A stretch of DNA of 63,098 nucleotides, the filler included, from Pelomyxa schiedti (taxonomy: Eukaryota > Protista > Evosea), in the NCBI GenBank assembly GCA_020536535.1. It is 7 parts of 7 records of this genome, joined end to end, with 100 filler letters (N's around TTAATTAATTAA, not from the genome) between each part and the next. Parts side by side here need not be neighbours in the genome. Positions count along the whole stretch, not along the records: positions 7,100 to 32,132 come from JAHLWZ010000621.1; positions 32,233 to 35,143 come from JAHLWZ010001858.1; positions 35,244 to 37,067 come from JAHLWZ010002251.1; 4 more parts are not named here. One strand, written 5' to 3'. The position numbers were made by a program, and so were the translations under genes. The notes under the pieces are model-generated. The model made no database searches, had not been told where the DNA came from, and worked only from the letters and a program-made list of their open reading frames with translations. Shown here in pieces: positions 24,202 to 35,269 of this stretch (position 1 is the stretch's first letter; every line of letters begins with the position of its first letter).

Positions 24202-25395
24202 ATGGATAACGACGAAGACCCCTCGTTCACACCTACGTTTTGTGGAGTAATCGACGCACGGAGCCAATTTATCGCACTTGGTGTCGGGGGGATTGTGGGA
24301 CGGTGCGGAGCCCACAGTGCGGTGTCGTCGCTCTCGCAGCCGTTGTTGTCGCTCATTGGTCGTGACTGGATCGTGTTCCCCGCGCGGAGATCTGTTGTCC
24401 AACTTGTCGACAGTGGGTGGAAAACGACGCTGTTTGTGGAGTTCAGTGTGTCTCCCACAATGGGCCTGGTCGACCACCCCACTGCGGGGGACTTTGGCGG
24501 TAAAACGATGAAAAAGTTCCACGGGTGGGTTGGGCCAAAGTCAGCCGGGACCAGGTTCCCATTAATGGCCTCTGACAGCCTGCAGGTCACGGACAGGAAT
24601 TGGAAGCCTGGGAGCTCATGGGAATTGGTTCTGAACAACACTCGCAGTGTAATGAGCACCAACGTCGTGGCTTGTGTGAATGGGGGAAGCACGGTCTTTG
24701 GTTCCGCATGGGCTGCAAAAGGGAGGTGGGTTGTGATTGACAAAGATTTCAGGAGTGACTTGGTTGGTGGGTGCGGATGTACAGCCCGTGCTCTGACACT
24801 GTGGAATTTTGGTGAGATTGAGAAGGCTGTGGTAACTTACTCTGAAGTGCCTGTACCCTGGCAAGTTGTGAAGATGGTGTTCGTTGGTGATGACGCACTG
24901 GCTGTTCTTCACGAATCGCCAACTGGCCGCGCAGTGGATGTCATTGATCTCGCCGGCACCATGCAACACAAAGAGCTGAGGGTCACAAGGAAGTTCACTC
25001 TTGCAACGGACGAATGCCAGTTTGGGAATCCAGTGTGGTGTTGGCATGGAAGATTGTACACCACCACAAACAGGGACCAGCACATAGTGTGTGTCACCAC
25101 TGGTGAGAGAATTCAACTTCCAGGAGTAAATCGCAGGCCACTGTGCCCAGTTGGTGGTCCATATTTCAAGCTGAGTGAACTAGACATGCACCCAACAGTG
25201 GCGGTGCTCAGTGTCCTGGAACCAACCAAGGTGTGTTACACTTACATTGGGAGAAAGACATGCTCCATAACCTTTGGCAATGAACTGGTATTGAGGCACG
25301 AAGGGACTGAGATTCAAGTCCTTGAAGTTTCATCTGGAATGCCAATATTCACAATCACACTTGGAGGGAAGCTATTTCCGCACAGTGTTTCGTAA
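24202..25395 (+). CDS. Family B protein B5
   Basis: Intact 397-aa ORF with all family blocks. Confidence 0.75.
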   Translation: MDNDEDPSFTPTFCGVIDARSQFIALGVGGIVGRCGAHSAVSSLSQPLLSLIGRDWIVFPARRSVVQLVDSGWKTTLFVEFSVSPTMGLVDHPTAGDFGGKTMKKFHGWVGPKSAGTRFPLMASDSLQVTDRNWKPGSSWELVLNNTRSVMSTNVVACVNGGSTVFGSAWAAKGRWVVIDKDFRSDLVGGCGCTARALTLWNFGEIEKAVVTYSEVPVPWQVVKMVFVGDDALAVLHESPTGRAVDVIDLAGTMQHKELRVTRKFTLATDECQFGNPVWCWHGRLYTTTNRDQHIVCVTTGERIQLPGVNRRPLCPVGGPYFKLSELDMHPTVAVLSVLEPTKVCYTYIGRKTCSITFGNELVLRHEGTEIQVLEVSSGMPIFTITLGGKLFPHSVS

Positions 25396-25627
25396 TACTT
25401 GACTTGTTGAGCGGACAAATTCAACAGAATAAAGGGTCCAAAACATTTGTAACAAAAAACAGTGCCCAAACAACAAATACACAGTGGTTCTCATGTGTTA
25501 TGTTTGCTTATATAACAACTTTGTCTTAACTATTGACACGACAGAGGGGGTTTATAAGGTGGGTCGGTTCGCTGGTGCCTGTTAGACTACTTTGATCCAA
25601 GTGTTCCGGTCTTTCGATTATTGATTG

Positions 25628-26839
25628 ATGTACAGCGTTGGTGACGACGAGTTGTATGAACCCGACACAGCCCCCGAAATCACTTTCAGTGGAGTAAACG
25701 ACTCACGGAGCCAATTCATCGCACTGGGCGTCGGGGGGATTGTGGGACGGTGCGGAGCCCACAGCGCGGTGTCGTCGCTCTCGCAGCCGTTGTTGTCGCT
25801 CATTGGTCGCGACTGGATCGTGTTCCCTGTGAGGAGATCTGCTATCATGCTGATCGATTTTGGGTGGACCATTTCCTTGTTCGTGGAGTTCAGTGTGTCT
25901 CCCACAATGGGCCTCGTGGATCGCCCTACCGTCGTCTATTATGGCGAAAATATCGTCCAGTTCCGTGGGTGGGTTGGGCCAAAGTCAGCCGGGAACAGGT
26001 TTCCGTTGATGGCCCCTGCTTACTCACACTTGCAAGTCACTGACAGGAACTGGAAGCCTGGGAGCTCATTGGAATTGGTTCTGAACAACACCCGCAGTGT
26101 AATGAGCACCAACGTTGTTGTGGCCGGGCTTGGCTACGGTGGCAACTTGGCAACCAACGGGAGGTGGGTTGTGATTGACAAAGAATGTGTCCTTGGAGGC
26201 CAGGCTCTGGCATTGTGGGATTTTGGCCAGATTGAGCGTGGTGTGGTGTCGAATGCTGAAGTGCTTTGGCAGTTGGAAGTTGTGAATATGGTGTTCCTTG
26301 GTGATGACTCACTGGCCGTGCTGCACAAAGTGCCAACTGGGCGAGCAGTGAATGTCATTGACCTTGTGGGAACAATGAAACACAAAGAGATGAGGGTTGT
26401 GAGTCAGTTCACTCTTGCAACAACCAACGATCCAGTGTTTGGCGTGAATCCAATGTGGTGTTGGGGAGGAAAGGTGTACACAACAACAGACAGGGACGAG
26501 CACCTTGTGTGTGTCACAACTGGCGAGAGAATTCTCCTTCCACTTCCTCCTGGAATAAAACGCAGGAGACTGCTCCCAGTTGGTGGCCCATACTTTGCAC
26601 TGAGTGAAGAGTGTACACCAAACACAGTGGAGGTGTTCCATGTTGTGGATCCAACCAAAGTGTGCTTCACTCACATTCAGCCCCCTCACATAGTGTTTTG
26701 GAATGGACTGGGCGTAGTGTGCCTGCCCTGTAGTGAGCAAGAGCATGAATTCAAATGCCAAGTCATTGATGTGGCTTCTGGGTTGCCTCTCTTCACAATG
26801 ACAACCAGTGTTGAGTTGCTTGTCCAAAGTGTTTCATAA
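25628..26839 (+). CDS. Family B protein B6
   Basis: Intact ORF with all family blocks. Confidence 0.75.
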   Translation: MYSVGDDELYEPDTAPEITFSGVNDSRSQFIALGVGGIVGRCGAHSAVSSLSQPLLSLIGRDWIVFPVRRSAIMLIDFGWTISLFVEFSVSPTMGLVDRPTVVYYGENIVQFRGWVGPKSAGNRFPLMAPAYSHLQVTDRNWKPGSSLELVLNNTRSVMSTNVVVAGLGYGGNLATNGRWVVIDKECVLGGQALALWDFGQIERGVVSNAEVLWQLEVVNMVFLGDDSLAVLHKVPTGRAVNVIDLVGTMKHKEMRVVSQFTLATTNDPVFGVNPMWCWGGKVYTTTDRDEHLVCVTTGERILLPLPPGIKRRRLLPVGGPYFALSEECTPNTVEVFHVVDPTKVCFTHIQPPHIVFWNGLGVVCLPCSEQEHEFKCQVIDVASGLPLFTMTTSVELLVQSVS

Positions 26840-27029
26840 TACCTTTGTATTGTTCTTGTGTTGGTAGGTGTGCCTTCTGTGTCGCATAGGATCCCAGTAT
26901 CCCTGAATTGGATGAAAATCGCCTTGACAGAGTCACGTTGTTTGCGCAAATCAATCTTACCTGGTGCCTTAGGTCTGAGATCTGATCTGTGAGAATCGCA
27001 AAAAAGAAAATCAAACCCAAAGAAAAGAA

Positions 27030-28794
27030 ATGTCTGCATCTCTTCGATCCGCGTGGGACGCCCCTGTAGCAACTCGGGGCTCGCCAACACCAACACCAAC
27101 ACCAACACCAACACCAACAACACCAACAACGACGACGCCGTTGGGCGGCGGGGGCATGCGAGCCACGGTGTCGCTGTGCGGGGTGAGCGCCCTGCCCCAG
27201 AACAAGGCCTCGGAGCTCCGCGACCTCCTGCAGTCCGTCTGCGAGACCCTCCTCGACGTGTTCGGCAGCTGCCGCGACGCCGCCGTCCCCGTCGCCGCCA
27301 AGGTCCGCACGCTCTCCCGGCTCGAGGAGACCGCCCCCGCGCTGGCCCAGATCGTCGCGCTGTGCGGCGAGGAGGCCGCCGTCACCGCCTCCAACCTCGC
27401 CGACCAAGCCGGCGGCTCCTCGCCCCCAGAGTGGCGCGAGTGCGCGAGGGAGGCCCTCGACGCCCTCAGGGACCTCAGGGAGACTGAAGAGAACGAGCTG
27501 GCCCCGGTGTTCGCGGCAATGAGGGCCGCGAGCAGCAGCAGCAGCGGAGGAGGCGGAGGCGGAGGCGGGAGCGGAGGAGGCGGCGCGGCGGCGGGGACGG
27601 CCGAGGCCACTAGGAACGCGAAGATTGCCTCGCTTGGAATGTTGAAGTGCATGGAGCGCGTGATGCAGCTCATGAGGTGCTCTGATAAGGGGATTATACT
27701 GAGGTTCCGCGGCTTGTGCGACATCGCTGACAAGTCTTTGCAGTGCTTGATTGAGGCTGAGCGAGCTAATGACAAGGTAGCCAGCAGTTGATTTTTGCTT
27801 TTTTTTTTTTTTTTTTTGTTGTAGTTAACGACGCGATGGCTAACAACACTATTAATTCATTCGACAGCCCCTGTTTCAGAAAGCTCTGGTTTCGTTCACA
27901 GACGTTTCTGTTGTATTGCATAACTCCTTCCAACGGCGGGTCGGGGTACTGGCAGACCAGCCCTCAAAAGACAAGTAACTCACCTTCTCACCATGTTTCG
28001 GTGGATTAAACCAAAAAGCCTACAGGCTGTCAGCAGCGATTTCAAAAATGCGTGATACATCCCAAACTATACTTCAGCGTTTACAAAACAAGAATAATTC
28101 TAATTTGGATGCCTTGATGGTGGACTACCTTTCTGCGGCTCATGTATTTTTACCCATTTTGATTACGGAAAATACCCTAACAACGTAATGAAGGACGCAT
28201 TGGAGGCTAGTACGCATAGCCCTGAATTCTATGCAAAATTCAATATTAGCTATCTCACTGATGAATTGGATGCTGCACTCCAAGTAGGCCTACTAATAAT
28301 TTGAAGTTTATTACTGCCTAAAGTCATTTGTAGAAACTACAAGAAGCGGCTACATTTTCTTCACATGCGGATGTTCTTGCACGAGCCAAGGAGCTGGTAG
28401 ACGTTTCCAAGTTGTTGTTTGAAGGGGATGCCGCAGTCAAGATGCACCAACCAATGATGAACGTACTCGCTGCCGCAAAGCAATGCGTTCAAGGTATCCA
28501 AACATTCTCCGCCACCTCGGACTTACTCTCAAACAAGCAACAAATGAACTGGATAAAGTTATGGCACAGTCTCAACTTGCCTCATGCATAGCCCAGGTTG
28601 ACATCCTGAGAGCTAAAGCGGCACCACAAACAGCAACGAAAACCAAAACAGTTAATGCGGTAAGCCACTCCCCGCGTTGCTTTCCTATTCCTCTTACGCA
28701 CTGACAGAGCTATGAAATGATGAACGCCGCAAAATTGCTTGTGACACAAGGAATGGCCGCATTGACTGAGCAGACCAAAGAAGGAAGTTCATGA
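27030..28794 (+). CDS. Multi-exon hypothetical alpha-helical bundle protein
   Basis: GC-rich first exon (ORF 27030..), a donor near 27777 and several short introns. The last exon SYEMMNAAKLLVTQGMAALTEQTKEGSS ends at TGA 28792-28794. Confidence 0.55.
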
Positions 28795-28829
28795 GTAAGC
28801 TAGTTACTAGTTTTTTTTTTAGAACAGTT

Positions 28830-29940
28830 CGTGTGGTGGCATACCAAGCCACAACCTGACAACTGGTGAAAACGCACCTCCAAAAGGCTTGTTGAGCTCT
28901 GCGTCCACATAATCACAGAATTCATCAATTGTGAGGCCCAAGGAGTTGATGGTGTGGATTGCAACGTGTGGTGAACGCGACACGAGTGGCATCAAGTGCT
29001 TTCATATCAGTGCACCGTCAATTGTGGGACCACAGTGGTCCACAATCATGTGCCAACCTGTGATGTCCATGCTGTCATCAGTCTCACCGGCCAACCGGGC
29101 CATGTCCACAATCTGGGAATGAGTCATGAGGGTTGTTCATTAATGCAGTGGTGGAGGGGGCTGACAAACATCAGACAAAGGAATGTCAAAAATGTTGAAG
29201 AGCCACTGTACACAACGGTTCTTTCGCCTTGTTAAGAGTCCGAACAAGAGCCGGTTGTGGTTGGCCTTGATTTGAGGGTATTGCAGACTTGACAACCTTG
29301 CTGGAGTATGGATGGATTTCTCTGATGTCAGGCACTGCCCAATGAACTCTGGTGTCAACACTGCAGAACGAGAACCAGCACACAGGTGCTGGAAACCATT
29401 CAGGTGAAATTTCATGAATTCAATTACAATCTCCTCGAACTGGCCTTGGTAAAGGAGCGGGTAAACTGCAGGGAATGTCTCCAACAACAGTGCAACCGAA
29501 TTCACACGATAAGGAAGGGCTTGTGAAATGGTCTCGTGAATGCAACTCATGCTTATCCCTGAATGATGTGGTGGTGAGAGATGCTGAAGGAACCACTCCA
29601 ATCCCACCACCTTGTATTTGTAATCACCATTCTCCCTGGAAAGCTCAACCAAACAGTTCAGATTCAAAGGTTGCTGCTGTTGGTGTTAAATGGTGCTCTG
29701 TGACAAGCCACTGAGTGAGTTCCATGTCTCCAGTATTTTTGCAGACACAATTGAGTGCAAATCTTTCTGGAGGTTCAGGTAACGCAGTGAGCAGCCACTT
29801 GACAACTTCTGGATTGTGTACGTCTGACAGGATGGAACCATATCCACAGTATTCAGTACTATCCCGAAGGAAATCTTGCACCCAAGGCCATTGGCAATCT
29901 TCCACCGTGCTTGTTTGACAGGAGGTAAAATGCCAGTCAC
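28830..29940 (-). pseudogene. Degenerate family A copy A4 (5'-truncated, internal deletions)
   Basis: Matches the A2/A3 C-terminal half with deletions, for example TAATFES joined to NCLVELS, and with frame changes. Confidence 0.7.
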
Positions 29941-29988
29941 TGAAATAAAAAAAATTTTTCAACAAAACAAAGCCTGTCTTAAGGATCA

Positions 29989-31365
29989 TCACCACAAGAA
30001 GGATGTTGTTTGACTGAGTGACTCAAAGCACCAACCAGGGGCCAGGAACTCAATCATAACAGCAGTGTTTCCTGATGCCCCATCGATCACTTCCAGTTGC
30101 TTGCTGCCAGGCCTGACGAGAAAAATGAACCCACCGCCTGAAGTGAAAAGGCTGTTGTCCTTGCCCAGGTTGAGGATGCTCCTCAATGGCCTCCTTGTTG
30201 TTGCCCCTGAGGAAGGTGATAAAGTGTCACTGCAATCCCAAATTTCCAACACCTGGGTGCGCTTGTGGTAAATGCTGAACAGTGATTCACTCACCTGGCT
30301 CAGTGGAAAAGAGCCAATTTCGCAGTACAGCTGTGTGGTGTCCCCATTTGCCTGAACAGCATGCACAAAACTTGATGATGACAGGTTAGAACTCTGAATA
30401 AGAAACACAGTTTCGCAAGCTCTGTTTTGCATCACAGCAACACTGCACCAGTCGAATTTGCTCAGCCACTCTGGAGTCAGTGCACAATGAGTTGTGCTCA
30501 CCACTTTCAGGCTTCTTGTAGCGTGTGTTTTGGCCACATCAAGCACCAGCAGCGTCGTGCCTGGTTGATTGCCAGAGTCCACGATCATCACCGCATGTGA
30601 AGGAATCGCCTTGCTGAACTCGAATGACCTTCCAAGATACCTATACTCAGGGAGCCGAATCACAACAGCCTCGTCCTCGTCGTCGCCACCCCGACCACCA
30701 CCACGCCGCTCCTCCACATCATCACCACCAACACCCCTGAGGCTCCTCACAACCAACGAGAAGCCAGCACCGTCGCGCACCCTCTGCAGCATCCACTCCC
30801 GGTTCACAACGTACACCTCCACGTGGTCCATGCTGGGCAGCAGGCGCCTCTCCCTCCCGCTCCACCCCCCCGCGCCCCCCCACGGGCCCGTGCGCCTGGC
30901 CACCACGGCGTCCTGCCAGCCCGGCGGGGACGTGCCCCGCTCCACGCAGCACAGGGTCTCGTCCAGCCGCTGGCAGCGGTTGACTGCGTGGCCGTCCATT
31001 TCTGCCTCCCTCGGGGCTACGTGCACGGCGCCCACGAGCCCCAGGAGCAGCGGGGACAGGGTCAGCCTCACGACGAGGCGCCACTTCCCGAAGAGGGGGG
31101 GCGACGGTGGGTACGGCGCCACTGAGACGTCCAGGACCACGGGGCGCAGGCAGGAGAGGACGCACGAGTCCCACAGTTGCTTGACGAGGTGGGGGCCCAG
31201 GGCGCGAGCTGGGGAGTCGGCGCCGCAGCGGGGCGAGTGGCTGGCGAGGGCCAGGGCCACTACTTGTTCGGCAGCCCACACCCCTTGGACGATGCGAACT
31301 TCCCCAAGCCCAACTTCTCGGTGTTGTTGCTGGGTGGTGTGCTCATTGGTGTTAGGGATGTTCAT
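29989..31365 (-). CDS. Family C protein (divergent AxEQxxAL-RCGAxSPA box plus predicted beta-propeller)
   Basis: 458-aa ORF containing AAEQVVALALASHSPRCGADSPARALGPHLVKQLW, LSPLLLG, VVNREW, LEIWD and LEVIDGASG. Confidence 0.75.
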   Translation of the reverse strand: MNIPNTNEHTTQQQHREVGLGEVRIVQGVWAAEQVVALALASHSPRCGADSPARALGPHLVKQLWDSCVLSCLRPVVLDVSVAPYPPSPPLFGKWRLVVRLTLSPLLLGLVGAVHVAPREAEMDGHAVNRCQRLDETLCCVERGTSPPGWQDAVVARRTGPWGGAGGWSGRERRLLPSMDHVEVYVVNREWMLQRVRDGAGFSLVVRSLRGVGGDDVEERRGGGRGGDDEDEAVVIRLPEYRYLGRSFEFSKAIPSHAVMIVDSGNQPGTTLLVLDVAKTHATRSLKVVSTTHCALTPEWLSKFDWCSVAVMQNRACETVFLIQSSNLSSSSFVHAVQANGDTTQLYCEIGSFPLSQVSESLFSIYHKRTQVLEIWDCSDTLSPSSGATTRRPLRSILNLGKDNSLFTSGGGFIFLVRPGSKQLEVIDGASGNTAVMIEFLAPGWCFESLSQTTSFLW

Positions 31366-31392
31366 CTTGTGGTACAGATCACTTCACTTATT

Positions 31393-31457
31393 TGGTTGAA
31401 TAAAATAATCAACAGACCGGAACGCTGTACTTTTACTTTTCGTTATCATCGCTCAGG
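31393..31457. mobile_element. Truncated copy of the 91-bp TIR element
   Basis: TGGTTGAATAAAATAATCAACAGACCGGAACGCTGTACTTTT...CGTTATCATCGCTCAGG matches 9149-9207. Confidence 0.75.
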
Positions 31458-31588
31458 CCTGTTGCAGCCCCACATCTAAGTCAACTCTAGATTCTGTGTG
31501 GCAAATGTGTGTTTTGGTTTATGGATGCATAGTTTAACAACCATTTTAGCTTGGAACAACATGTTGAATGATGTCTTCTCTTAAGACA

Positions 31589-32132
31589 TTAATTGAAAGG
31601 TATTCCAAGCCACAACTTCACTGCACAATTTCTGGATTCTGCATCCACATAAGAATGGAAGACACTCATTGTGAGACCAAAGGAGTTGATTGTGTGGATG
31701 GCAACATGTGGTGAACGTGACACAAGTGGCAGAAAGTGTTTCCATATCAGATCCCCATCAATTGCAGGACCATAGTGATCCACAATCATGTGCCAACCTG
31801 TGAGGTCAATGCTGTCATCACTCTCCTTGGCCAGTTCAGCCATGTCCACAATCTGGAATGTTTTTGTGATTGAATTTGGGACCACGTAGGGGGTTGACAT
31901 ACATCATCCAAAGGGATGTCAAAAGATTCAACTCTGGTGTCAAAAAGGTGGAACTTGAAGTGGAGCACAGGTGCTGGAAGCCTTCCAGGTCGCACTGCAT
32001 GAACTCGGTCGCAATTTCTTTGAATTTTCTTTGGTCTTGGTGTGGTTCAAACACAGAGAAGGTCTTCAACAGCAGGGCAATGGAATTCCTGCGCGAATTT
32101 TGGAGGGCCTGTGACATGGCCTTGCGAACACA
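31589..32132 (-). pseudogene. 3' part of family A copy A5 with an internal deletion
   Basis: FQHLCS...LTPE is joined directly to the FDIPLDD segment, missing the central block. The last exon is IVDMAEL...VKLWLGIPFN*. Confidence 0.6.
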
Positions 32133-32232
32133 NNNNNNNNNNNNNNNNNNNNNNNNNNNNNNNNNNNNNNNNNNNNTTAATTAATTAANNNNNNNNNNNN
32201 NNNNNNNNNNNNNNNNNNNNNNNNNNNNNNNN

Positions 32233-32739
32233 GCTGATCCCAACGACTCTGATGAATTCCGGGTATTTCCCCAGAGTTCCGAATCGCTCACAATCATAAA
32301 AAAAGCCTCATGTGGGCCATTTGACTGACACAATAACAGACACGTGGATTTGGACCAACTGGACAACGGCTAGCAAAGGAGGATTTTCCGGCAGGATGCA
32401 TTGTAATTTACCCAACAAGCCCCGGTTCCTATTCCCATTTCATTTTTAAAAATTAACAGCCCTTAAATAGGGAAGACAACATTGGATGCGTGTAAATTGC
32501 CAAACAGAAGAAACAATGGATTCTTCACTGGGTGCTTCCTTGAAGGTGGGTTCGTTTTGTTTCGCTTCTTCTGTGTGTTATTCGTACCCACGACATACAC
32601 AGTTGCGGAGAAAGCAGCGCCTGGTACATCGTTCAGTGACATTGTAGACGACACGATGCTGATGGTACAGTCTCTGTCAACCGGTGACCAAACCCCATCC
32701 CTCTCAAAGAACGTTGGAACCCGGTTCGCTCTGTTCTAA
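32233..32739 (+). CDS. 3' fragment of a caspase-fold (peptidase C14, para-/orthocaspase-like) protein
   Basis: Splicing three short GT-AG introns gives ADPNDSDEFR-TRGFGPTGQRLAKEDFPAGCIVIYPTSPGKTTLDACKLPNRRNNGFFTGCFLEVAEKAAPGTSFSDIVDDTMLMVQSLSTGDQTPSLSKNVGTRFALF*. This follows the C14 C-terminal pattern PxGxxIxYxTxPGxxAxD...NGxFTxxLL...V...TxGxQxP. Confidence 0.65.
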
Positions 32740-33008
32740 ACGTTCGACTCAACTGCCAACCCAACAGGCAACCAGTGCGTCCCCTAATTCAGCACCAAGT
32801 TTGAGGCTCCAACCCCAGAAGTGAGAATTCTGCGGCCAAATATCGGCTGAAATACATGAGTTTCCAGTGATCAGAGAGACTTGGGTGCTGTGCTGTTTAT
32901 TCTCTTTTCCCAACAAATACAAAAAAAAAAGAGATAGAGACTGACTTTTACTGGGATGCAAACATCCCAACAGGGTGTTGCGTGGTGGACCATGAGTGCT
33001 GCGCCGCA

Positions 33009-33338
33009 CTAATTCTTGTTGGCCACGGCGGTGCTGAAGCAGTCGTCGACGACCCTCTCGGACGCGCCGGTGAGCGTCTTGAGCCTGTTGGCCAGCGTGC
33101 GCTTGACCACCACGAACGTCGGCATGGCCTGCACCGCGAACTCCTGCGCGATGGCGTCCTGCTCGTCCACGTCGACGCGCGCGACGGCGACGCCAGTGTC
33201 GTGCGACTTCTGGTGCACGTACGGCGCGATGCGCTTGCACGGCCCGCACCACGTCGCGTGGAAGTCGATGACGACCGCGCCGTGGGTCGCCACGTACCCC
33301 TCGAGCTGCGCTCTGCTTGTGATGTCTACCTCGGTCAT
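33009..33338 (-). CDS. trx: Thioredoxin
   Basis: 109 aa from ATG 33338, with VVIDFHATWCGPCK, VDVDE and AMPTF. Confidence 0.95.
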   Translation of the reverse strand: MTEVDITSRAQLEGYVATHGAVVIDFHATWCGPCKRIAPYVHQKSHDTGVAVARVDVDEQDAIAQEFAVQAMPTFVVVKRTLANRLKTLTGASERVVDDCFSTAVANKN

Positions 33339-33582
33339 TTTTTGTTTTGTTTTGTTTGTTCTTGTTTGTTTGTTTTTTTTTTTTTCTGCCTCCTTTTTGT
33401 GGGTTTTTTTTAAAAGAGTTCCGAAAATTACTAGGCGATACGGTGTTACCCGTGCTGAGGAGACGAAATGGACCTGTGTGTTTTGGTTGCACGGGATGAT
33501 TGGTGTGAAGTAGTCACATCTGGGGGAAGGTGTAAGCAAAGAATTTTGTACTTTCTGTAGGTACATAATTTCAATGAGTTGA

Positions 33583-35071
33583 CTAGAGCTCGAATAGTTC
33601 CCGTGCAGCCTCCCCTGGGGTCGGGCGTTTCTGCACCCAGACAGTATGTATTATCGCCAATATGAACATGAACAGTGGGTCAACGGCGGCAAATATGACA
33701 ATGGTAGTTATTTCCTGTGACTTGATGGCGTCGTCTACATCTATGCCAAATTAGGGGGAAACTATTTGTTGGGTGATTTTAGGGAGGTACTTATCCAACT
33801 GAGTATGACCGGGTCAGTGTCAATGGGAAATGGTGCAGTCACAGCATCTAAAATTTCTTTGGCTGTATCAATATTATCCTGGGTTGGAGTGACACCGGAC
33901 TGGATTGTCCTGTCCCTCCATCTCGTTAGGCAGGCATAGTCTTCAACAGCACCTTCAACGGCACATCCAAGGCTGGATGCAGTGCACATGGCCAGGTACT
34001 TGACTGGGGCTTGATTATCTGATTCAGTTGTCTCATTCAAACCAAAAACTGGAGCGAGGCACCCCAGTGATGGTTTGTTGGAATCAAAGAGCATAGCTTC
34101 GTAGTTTAGGAAAGCTGTTCTGTTGAAATCCACAACAGCCTGTCCAGAGTAGTCAGCCAAGGTGGCACCAGTGTAGGGATTAAGGGAGACAATCAATTGG
34201 TCACTTGTCGTGAGGTAAAGCCAAGCAGCACAGAAAGTTCCCATCAGAGGGCCTTTCTTTGATTGTTTCAGGGGGTATCATTATATTACAGCACCTGTTA
34301 GCAGTGCAGCTGTTACAGAAACTGTACAGACGAGTGTTGGGTAAGACTGTACAGGTTTTTCGCCCTGGATTCCATATGAAAAGCACTTGGCATTGATCTT
34401 TGTTATTGTTGAGGAAAAGTGGGTGAAGAATGGATACTACATACAACATGGTTTTTAAATACAATAATCCAAGCCACAAATATGAGAAAGGGACCTTTTT
34501 TTTTACACGCATAAGCGAAATTGTGAAAAAAACAACAGAAAGCAAGAGAGCAGAGAATAATCTAAATAAATATTAATATGAGAAACAAGCCTCCCAATAG
34601 CGCGGCCAACCAAACACAAACACGTAACTGTAATTGCAATTGCACTTTAACCGGCGCCACGGTCATACCCAGTAGAAGGCCAAAAACCACACCGGCCCAG
34701 GTGGAAGTCGAACCCACGACCCAAGCCGTGACCTGGCCCACAAGCACGCACGCCACGCAGCACGCCCCGAACCACGCCCCATGGAGGCACTGCCACCGAG
34801 AACCGCCCGCGCCCCCGCCGCCGGTGCAGCACAGCGAGTAGCAGGCGCCCCCGCCCCCGCCCCCGGTCCCGGTCACGCCTCGCCCCCGCCCCCGCCCTCG
34901 TGCTCTCCCCGCATCCTCCCTGTCTCCTGCGCCCAGCGGGTAGGACGCCCACGACGAGGTCGACGAGGACCCGGAGGGAAAAGGGGAGTCCATAGGGGGC
35001 TGCGGGCTCGGCCCCCCGTCCGGCGCGTCCTTGGGCATGTCGAAGTCATACGAGGTTGGTTCTGTGGCCAT
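33583..35071 (-). CDS. Multi-exon multi-pass membrane protein with a Cys-containing luminal loop
   Basis: ATG at 35071, hydrophobic segments (WFGACCVACVLVG, WAGVVFGLLLG), an internal exon at 33790-34245 and a last exon with the TM segment IVIFAAVDPLFMFILAII ending at TAG 33583. Confidence 0.55.
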
Positions 35072-35269
35072 TGGGTGGCGCCGGTTAAAGTGCCATTGCA
35101 ATTACAATTACGTGTTTGTGTTTGGTTGGCCGCGCTATTGGGANNNNNNNNNNNNNNNNNNNNNNNNNNNNNNNNNNNNNNNNNNNNTTAATTAATTAAN
35201 NNNNNNNNNNNNNNNNNNNNNNNNNNNNNNNNNNNNNNNNNNNATATATTATTAATACAGATCTTCAAA

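Noticed and set aside
8045-31399. Numerous long antisense or alternate-frame ORFs over GC-rich gene starts
   Set aside because: They are shadow ORFs expected from high GC content and have no recognisable motifs.
35075-35143. 69-bp inverted copy of 34592-34660 (possible TIRs or a hairpin RNA)
   Set aside because: It is a copy of coding sequence at the very end of a contig, which is typical of amplification or assembly fold-back chimeras. It needs read support.
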